A stretch of DNA of 64,000 bases from Caecitellus pseudoparvulus (Eukaryota; Protista; Bigyra: Bicosoecida). The stretch is taken from assembly GCA_965644315.1 (NCBI GenBank), contig CBFFRQ010000067.1, forward strand, positions 558,001-622,000. Direction: 5' to 3'. Made by a program: the position numbers and the translations under genes. Below, one piece after another: positions 58,401 to 64,000 of this stretch; the stretch's first letter is position 1; each line of letters opens with the position of its first letter. The notes beneath the pieces were generated by a model, which saw nothing but the letters and a program-made list of their open reading frames with translations, made no database searches and was not told where the DNA came from.

Positions 58401-59933
58401 CCCAGGGTTCGGATGGCACTGTTGGCCGTGATTGGACTCATTGTTGTGGAAAAAGCAGGCCTTGTTTGGATGCACACGTGGAAGGGCTTCACTAGGCGCA
58501 CGGCGGAACGGGTGGATGGCCTGCTGCTGGCGCTGGGGTGCCTGGCGTTTACGGCGCAGCAGATTTGGGGACCAGGAATTCTAGCCGTGAACCCCCCTGG
58601 GGATGGACTGGCATATCCAGCCCTGCAGGTTCGACAGGCAGGAGACTTGTGGGTCATGCTGCTGGTGCTGCGTGGCTTCCGCATCCTGAACCTGGTGCCC
58701 AATTACCGTGAGATGCTGGTAACAACGCGCTCCGTCGCACGGTTCCTCATGGTAGCGGCGCTGCTCATTGTACTGCTCATGTACTGCTTCGGGCTACTGG
58801 GCGTGTTCCTGTTTGCAGGGGAGCTGCGCTATCGAAAACCCGCTTACGAGGTGTGCTTCGTCTCGGACGGCCTGACCACGTCCATGCAAGCCCACCAAGG
58901 AGTGCAGCGGGACGACAATGCCACGCAGATCTGCAGCGCGCTCCCCAGCTACATTGACGACAACATCCACTTCGACTCCTTCGGCTCTGCGCTGTTCACT
59001 CTGTTCCAAGTGCTCACGACGTCCAACTGGCACGAGGTCATGTACGGCTTCATGTGGGGGGTGCAGGCAAAGGTCGCTGCAGCGCTGTACTTTCTCGCCT
59101 TCTACGTCCTGGCTGTCTCCTTTATCTTCAACCTCGTCATTGCAGTCTTCATTGACAGCTTTGAGAACGCACGCACTGTACTGCGTGAAAAGCGCCGCTA
59201 CATCCGCGACGCGTACACGGGAGGGGGCACCGACGTGTACTGGAAAATCAAGGGCCTGAACAACCAGAGCACCCTCACGGCGTTCTTGGACTCCCAAGAC
59301 CAAGCAGGCGGTTTGCAACCAGCCATTGACTCGCTGAGCCAGGAATTGACGCACAGTGCGCTGCCACACATGTTCAACTCTCGAGCCGGGACAGTGTCGG
59401 GCAGAGTCGGTGCGGCCAACGCGAGCGTGGCTGCAACACGTCCAGCGAGGTACCAAGTAGACTCGACAGCCTTGTCGACGTCCAGCCTTCGGCACCTTCG
59501 GGAGACCATCACACGGGTCGAGGCGGAGCAAGAGCGCAAGGCGCAAGCGACGCGGTTACCACACCCCGACCTGCCGGCATCCTCGCCCCGAACTGTGCAG
59601 GCGTACAGTGCACTGCAAGGAAAGCACATTCAACCACCGCCCATGGGTGCACCACTAGCCTCCGCCAAGCATGCGCGCAGGGCTTCGCCTGCTCCCGAAC
59701 AGTCCTGTCGCAGGCGCCTCAGCACGCAGGACAGCAGCTCCCTGCCACCATCGCACCAACCCGTGTCTTCGCTCCTGTCAGCGTCTGGGGTGTACCGCTC
59801 CCACCGCTCCGTGACCACACCCACGTCAGAGGGCAGCTCAGGCTCCGTCAAGCAGGGCCCTGCTTCTGCCTGCCCAGAGTCGGTCCACGCCGCTGACAGC
59901 GACGCCGACGATGATGACATTTATCCAGCTTGA
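55461..59933 (+). CDS. Two-pore channel-like cation channel (two 6TM domains, long cytosolic linker)
   Basis: AALFVEDVL..R, S4 FSRVLRPIVFI, pore I LYTSESYPDIMYP; S4 LRGFRIL, pore II FDSFGSALFTLFQVLTTSNWHEVM, S6 FNLVIAVFIDSF. Confidence 0.85.
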   Translation: MDASPQRHTHSTTRHQLDRTLVLSEFSSLEQHIHDLEEVEETRASPQQSGRVGLLMRMASMPKLLPPQASSGRSSSWGSLQGGNVRSEGTELPPTRPAAQPSFLPSPRSHQPSAGSVSSRPQRSHSRSSLDDEASSQLRIEEAALFVEDVLAHRQLRVRTSEAWAIALYKLYYTSAARVFIQSINILHMVLVFFEPNDNDGETYEIVLGMKASRSTLGVAVLWVELLILLALTADMVAKMLAIGLDSFFNWSWMFRRAARSLSCPRICKGCCTGRRGLDPRLSGGPVRKHRPTRKQRDSGRGSMPPPKGEEGHRMPHFLTEKGHFWDAVRCLSLALFWVDLLGMVAVPGHFQFSRVLRPIVFIAYSGELRRWVFLIASLFPKFVEMLTLLLLVVAVWATFGLLLFYDDAAYCGDTAGQNFNTFWSASLAMFALYTSESYPDIMYPSFGNGAAFSRMYGIYFIVFVVGVLFVLSNLIIPTLYASFKSKRRLLALYMHVSQRRGLMAAFAKLNVHGDNLIRLHTFRSLLQRLRPDLLVGGDVKSKDFRCAVQLMVVEMQTMAGAEGDADVALSESLDARSVSTRQGSHGRQRSWDVDALDHGGDARELLHARRVPSTRASIMELPEPTLLLDSSDSEADDVEIVNVLSTSHRYPFARSHSISTSRPLELSPRASSKAHAETPPRLRDPSLRGLSVVQEEDGECRSKRSSTVHGAPTRASTTVGSPRASVQVQVVNPLQGRADLRRPRLPPHLREGPAKVPLQSPGTLPGASRSLISKDLAVSSAPAVLGVSRGTRVSRAGSMSAAAQPIGVPEAKATTKKGMKRTSTIKRSKSRPNPRLQSFAVVSEADIEADLRGVAMPPSRQPSVVAEADESTPSNPSVSRQASTFAQPSPKVGLHRGARRRSAGSAGTASTGAWEDALDLFEFFQLVDVIGRSYKRISQREFMRSRSSRRRVSRALLRALMLVTPGLGLLLAALMPVNPPRVRMALLAVIGLIVVEKAGLVWMHTWKGFTRRTAERVDGLLLALGCLAFTAQQIWGPGILAVNPPGDGLAYPALQVRQAGDLWVMLLVLRGFRILNLVPNYREMLVTTRSVARFLMVAALLIVLLMYCFGLLGVFLFAGELRYRKPAYEVCFVSDGLTTSMQAHQGVQRDDNATQICSALPSYIDDNIHFDSFGSALFTLFQVLTTSNWHEVMYGFMWGVQAKVAAALYFLAFYVLAVSFIFNLVIAVFIDSFENARTVLREKRRYIRDAYTGGGTDVYWKIKGLNNQSTLTAFLDSQDQAGGLQPAIDSLSQELTHSALPHMFNSRAGTVSGRVGAANASVAATRPARYQVDSTALSTSSLRHLRETITRVEAEQERKAQATRLPHPDLPASSPRTVQAYSALQGKHIQPPPMGAPLASAKHARRASPAPEQSCRRRLSTQDSSSLPPSHQPVSSLLSASGVYRSHRSVTTPTSEGSSGSVKQGPASACPESVHAADSDADDDDIYPA

Positions 59934-59979
59934 GCATATCGCCGCTGCTGGCTCCAGGGAATGCATTGGCGACCGTGCC

Positions 59980-61129
59980 TCACTTGCCACGCCTGCGCTT
60001 CTTCCCACCCGCGCGAGCTGCCACGATGATGCCGTCCCGCTTGCCTTTCTTGGCTGTAAAGTCCACGTTCCCGCCCAGGCTCGTGCCCATGCCCTCGCCC
60101 ATACCGGATCCCAGCACCATCTTTAGCGCCTTGCGGTTGCGCTCCGTCTCGGCGCTGCCTGCCATGAGGGGCATGCGAGCCTTGCGCGACTTGGCGCTGT
60201 AGCTGGGGCGGGGCGCCTCCCCCGTCACCTTCTTGTCGAACTTGCCGAGAGACGCGGTGGACACTTGCACGGCTGCCATGCGAGCCTTCTTCGCAGCGAG
60301 CGTCTCGCCACGAGGCTTGCCCTTCGCTCGCTTGCCCTGCCCAGTGAGGCCACTCACTTCTCCTTCCCCCAGCCCGAGCTGCAGGGGGATGCCGGCAGGC
60401 ACAGCCGGCGCCAGGGCCTTGCTGCCTTTGCGGCCTTTGTTGCCGCGCTCCAAATTCCGCAGCTGGTTCAGCTTGTTGTTCACCACGCGCTCCTTCTTCT
60501 CCAGCTTGGCCTTTTCCCACGGGTCAGCATATGGGTCCTGCCCACGTTTGACGGGCACCGCCCAGTCCGACAGGTCCTCAGCCCCCTCCTTGTACCCGTA
60601 TCGGGCCTTCCACTCCCCGGCATTGTCGTCCCACACCTTGCGGCTCTTCTTGCGCTTCTGCAGGCCCTTCTCCGCCGCGAACAGGTCCCAGCGAGTGGGC
60701 GCCTTAGGAACAGGCACGGGCTTCTCACGGGGCAGGTCCGATGACGGCAGGGGCAGCTTGGCCTGCGCAAGGCCGGAAGATGGAGCCAGTGAAGAAGGCG
60801 CAGTTCCAGGCGCGGCGCAGGCGGCAGGCACTCACCACTGGCCCCTGCTCTGTGCGCTCCACAGGCAGGGCAAACAAGTGCTTCATGAGAAGCTGTGCGT
60901 TGCTCTTGGCCAGCTTGTGCAGGTACCCCTCCTTGTTCTTCCGCAGGCGCTCCAAATCCACCTGGTGTGTGTCCACTGCTGTCAGGGAACCCAAGTCGTA
61001 CTGCAGGTCATCGGCCTTCCCGCTGCTGTCTGTGCGCCCCGCAGCGCCAAACGTGGAGGGCAGCAGGTCCACAGCCTTGACCACGCCTCCAGTAGCAACA
61101 GCGCCGCCGGTGCTGCTCGCGGTGGCCAT
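59980..61129 (-). CDS. RRS1: Ribosome biogenesis regulatory protein RRS1 (2 exons)
   Basis: YDLGSLTAVD, NAQLLMKHLFALP, LPREKPVP..K.PTRWDLFAAEKG, WKARYGY, QVSTASLGKFD. Confidence 0.93.
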
Positions 61130-61403
61130 GGTGAGCCTGGGTGGGTTGGCGTTCTGGGCTGTGCGATGCAATTTCCGCACCAGCCTGCTTCGTGGCTCTC
61201 GCCACACAGCTCAGCACGTTGGTGTGCCTGCTGATTGAGGACCGTGCAGGCTGATGTGTGGTTGAAGGGAGTCTATCTTTGTGTGTATTTTGTCGTTGCC
61301 GGGCAGGATTGCCCAGCCTGCAGGAGCGGCACGTGTGCCGCGATCCACCCTGACAGACCAGTCCCGGGCACTTTTGAAGCCCCGACCTGCCTCCCAACCA
61401 AGC

Positions 61404-64000
61404 ATGCTGGCATCTCCCTGCATTGCCCTCATAAGGCCCCTCGCCAGAGCACTGCCCAGTGTTTGGTTGCCCGGCATTCGCCCTGCAAGGCCGTGTTTGC
61501 AGCACCTGCCAGTGCCCAGCTCACCAGCGTCCACTCGTCGTGTTACCATGTCTGCTGCAGCTGCTGAGGGTGTGAAACAGCCCACTGTGGAGGAGATTGA
61601 CGCTCTGCGCGCCAGCATCGCCCAGCAGGGCGAGCTGGTCAAGACTCTGAAGAAGTCTGGAGCCGCAAAGGTGTGTGGCAGATTGGCATGCTGGCGTTTT
61701 CTGCGTGCCGCGCCTTGTGTGCCCCGGTGGGCCTGCACTCCGCGTGAACATGACATGCCGGCATGCCGAACGCAGGAGAGCGTGATGGAGGCGGTGGCCA
61801 AGCTCAAGGCGCTGCGTGAGGAGCTGAAGGCCGTGCAGCCTGCGGACATGGTACGGCGGCGTGCTGGGGTGTTGGCGTGCCGGCGTGCACGTTCTCGATC
61901 GCGCCGACGCTGTGCAGGTGGAGGCCTGGAAGGTGGACAAGACCGCCATGGACATGGTCATGATCCGGCGCATGTTCGTCGTGCCTGCCTTTGAGGTGTG
62001 TGCCGCGGCCTGGCGAGGAGGGCGTGCCTCTGGTTCTGTCTGCGGAAATCGACAAGCGCCTCGCTCCTCGCCTACGCACAGATCTACTCTGGCGTGGCAG
62101 GCCTGTACGATTTCGGCCCCCCCGGCTGTGCCCTGAAGGATAACTTCCTGAACAACTGGAAGCGCCACTTTGTGCTGCAGGAGGGCATGCAGCAGCTCGA
62201 GTGCACGACGTTGACTCCGTACCACGTCCTGCAGGCGTCAGGGCACGTGGAGAAGTTCTCTGACCTGATGGTGAAGGACACCAAGACAGGCGAGTGCTTC
62301 CGCGCGGACAAGCTCCTGGAAGACACCATTGACAACCTCCTCACGGGGCCCGGCGCCGAGACCATGCTGTCTGCGCAGCGTGAGGCGCTCAAAACCACCC
62401 GTGCCCAGGCCGATGCGTTCACGCCAGAGGAGCTGCACGCAAAGCTGACGGAGCTGGAGGTCGTGTCTCCCTCTTCTGGCGCACCCCTCACGGAGCCCTT
62501 CCCTTTCAACCTCATGTTCGCGACGTCCATCGGCCCCGCTGGCAACATGCCAGGCTTCCTGCGCCCCGAAACGGCTCAAGGCATGTTCGTGAACTTCAAG
62601 CGCCTCCTGGCCAGCGCAGGCGGCAAGGTGCCCTTTGCCGCAACACAAATTGGCACTGCATACCGGAATGAGATTTCCCCCAAGAACGGACTGCTGCGTG
62701 TGCGCGAGTTCACGATGGCGGAAATTGAGCATTTCGTGCACCCTGAGGAGAAAGACCACGCCTCCTTCGCCACGGTGGCAGACCTGGTCCTGACCCTGTT
62801 CCCCGCAGACAAGCAGCTGGGCGATGGCAAGACTGTGCAGATGACCGCTGGCGAGGCCGTTGCTGCTGGCATCATCGCCAACGAAACGCTGGGCTACTTT
62901 GTGGCACGCACGGCGCTGTTCTTGACGCAGTGCGGCATCCGCCCCGAAGGCCTGCGCTTCCGCCAGCACCTGGCCAACGAAATGGCGCACTATGCCTGTG
63001 ACTGCTGGGACGCTGAGATCCTCATGGCCTCCGGGTGGGTGGAGTGCGTGGGGCACGCGGACCGCAGCGCGTACGACCTCAAAGTGCACTCTGCCGCGTC
63101 AGGCACCGACCTGAGTGCCAGCCGCGTCCTGCCCACGCCCCGAGTGGAAGACATCGTGGAGATGAAGGCCAACCGCGGCAAGATGGGCAAGACCTTCATG
63201 GGCGACAACAAGGCCGTGCAGGCTGCGCTCACGGCGGCGGTGGAGGCGGGCCAGCCTGCGCTGGACCTGGAGGCTGCTCTGGCTGCTGACGGTGAGGTGG
63301 CTCTGGACATCGGCGACGGCAAGACCGCCACCCTCACGCGGGACATGGTGTCCTTTGCACCCGGCCAGCGCAAGGTCTTTGAGGAGACCTTCACGCCCTC
63401 TGTCATTGAGCCGTCTTACGGCGTGGGGCGCATCCTGGAAGGCATCTTCCAACACACCTTCTACGTGCGACCTGAAGTCGGCGCGGGCGGCGACGCCCCT
63501 GCCGAGGCGGCGGACAAGCCCGCCAAGAAGGCCAAGAAGGCCAAGAAGGCCAAGAAGGGGGCCGCCTCGTCAGGCGGCGGCATGGAGATGGAGCGCACGG
63601 TCTTTGCATTCCCACCCGCCCTGGCGCCCACCAAGGTGGCAGTGTTCATCCTGGACGGCCGTGTCCCTATGACGGTCGTGCAGCCCCTGGTGGCAGGCCT
63701 CACGCGCCTGGGCGTGACCTCCGTCACTGACAACGCCACTGCAGCCATCGGCCGCCGCTACGCCCGATCTGACGAGCTGGGCATTCCCTTCGGTGTCACG
63801 GTGGACTTCGATACCGCCACCACAGGCAAAGTCACCCTGCGTGAACGTGACAGCACTGCACAGGTGTACCTCACTGTGGCCGAGGCACCAGCCGTCATCC
63901 GCGACCTCGCCGAAGAAACGCTCTCCTGGGCCGACGTCTTCGCGAGTCGGGAGGTCAAGTCTGAGGGCATGCCGCTGCACCCCTTCGCAGCACGCCCTGT
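61404..64000 (+). CDS. GARS: Glycyl-tRNA synthetase (eukaryotic alpha2 type, WHEP domain); runs off the window end; second ATG at 61548
   Basis: WHEP IAQQGELVKTLK..AVAKLKALR; FE|IYSGVAGLYDFGPPG, SGHVEKFSD, FLRPETAQG, RNEISP, GLLRVREF, IEPSYGVGRI, IGRRYARSDELGIPF. Confidence 0.97.
63521..63557 (+). repeat. (GCCAAGAAG)x4 coding repeat (AKK run in GlyRS insertion)
   Basis: Read directly. Confidence 0.8.

Overview
GC-rich, very compact eukaryotic genomic DNA with short GT-AG introns. It probably comes from a ciliated heterotrophic protist (stramenopile-like; inferred from gene content, not established). Bases ~8.5-64 kb hold ~22 mostly housekeeping genes: Brr2, an ankyrin protein, adrenodoxin reductase, a CRAL-TRIO protein, DPY30, a NEK kinase, a kelch/EGF membrane protein, histone H3, eIF3h, TAF1B/Rrn7, a LysC-LysA fusion, RPA3, FAN/BEACH, SulP, Clu1, RPB8, CRY-DASH, TMEM17, a two-pore channel, RRS1 and GlyRS. 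The standout is bases 1-8.2 kb, a tandem array of four intact, intronless paralogous genes. Each is built as a 76-aa N-cap + n x 38-aa (114-bp) ankyrin-like cassettes + a 66-aa basic C-cap, with n = 5, 11, 8 and 12 and no indels. The cassette scaffold is nearly invariant, while variation is concentrated at the positions that form the ankyrin binding surface. Cassettes and half-cassettes are visibly shuffled within and between genes, and promoter types are recombined with coding types. This looks like a natural, recombination-diversified 'DARPin-like' binder library (candidate immune/recognition system), and it probably continues left of the window. No recombinase, transposase, CRISPR array, rRNA or tRNA was recognised. 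Gene models and splice sites were read by eye; family assignments come from recalled motifs, not database searches.
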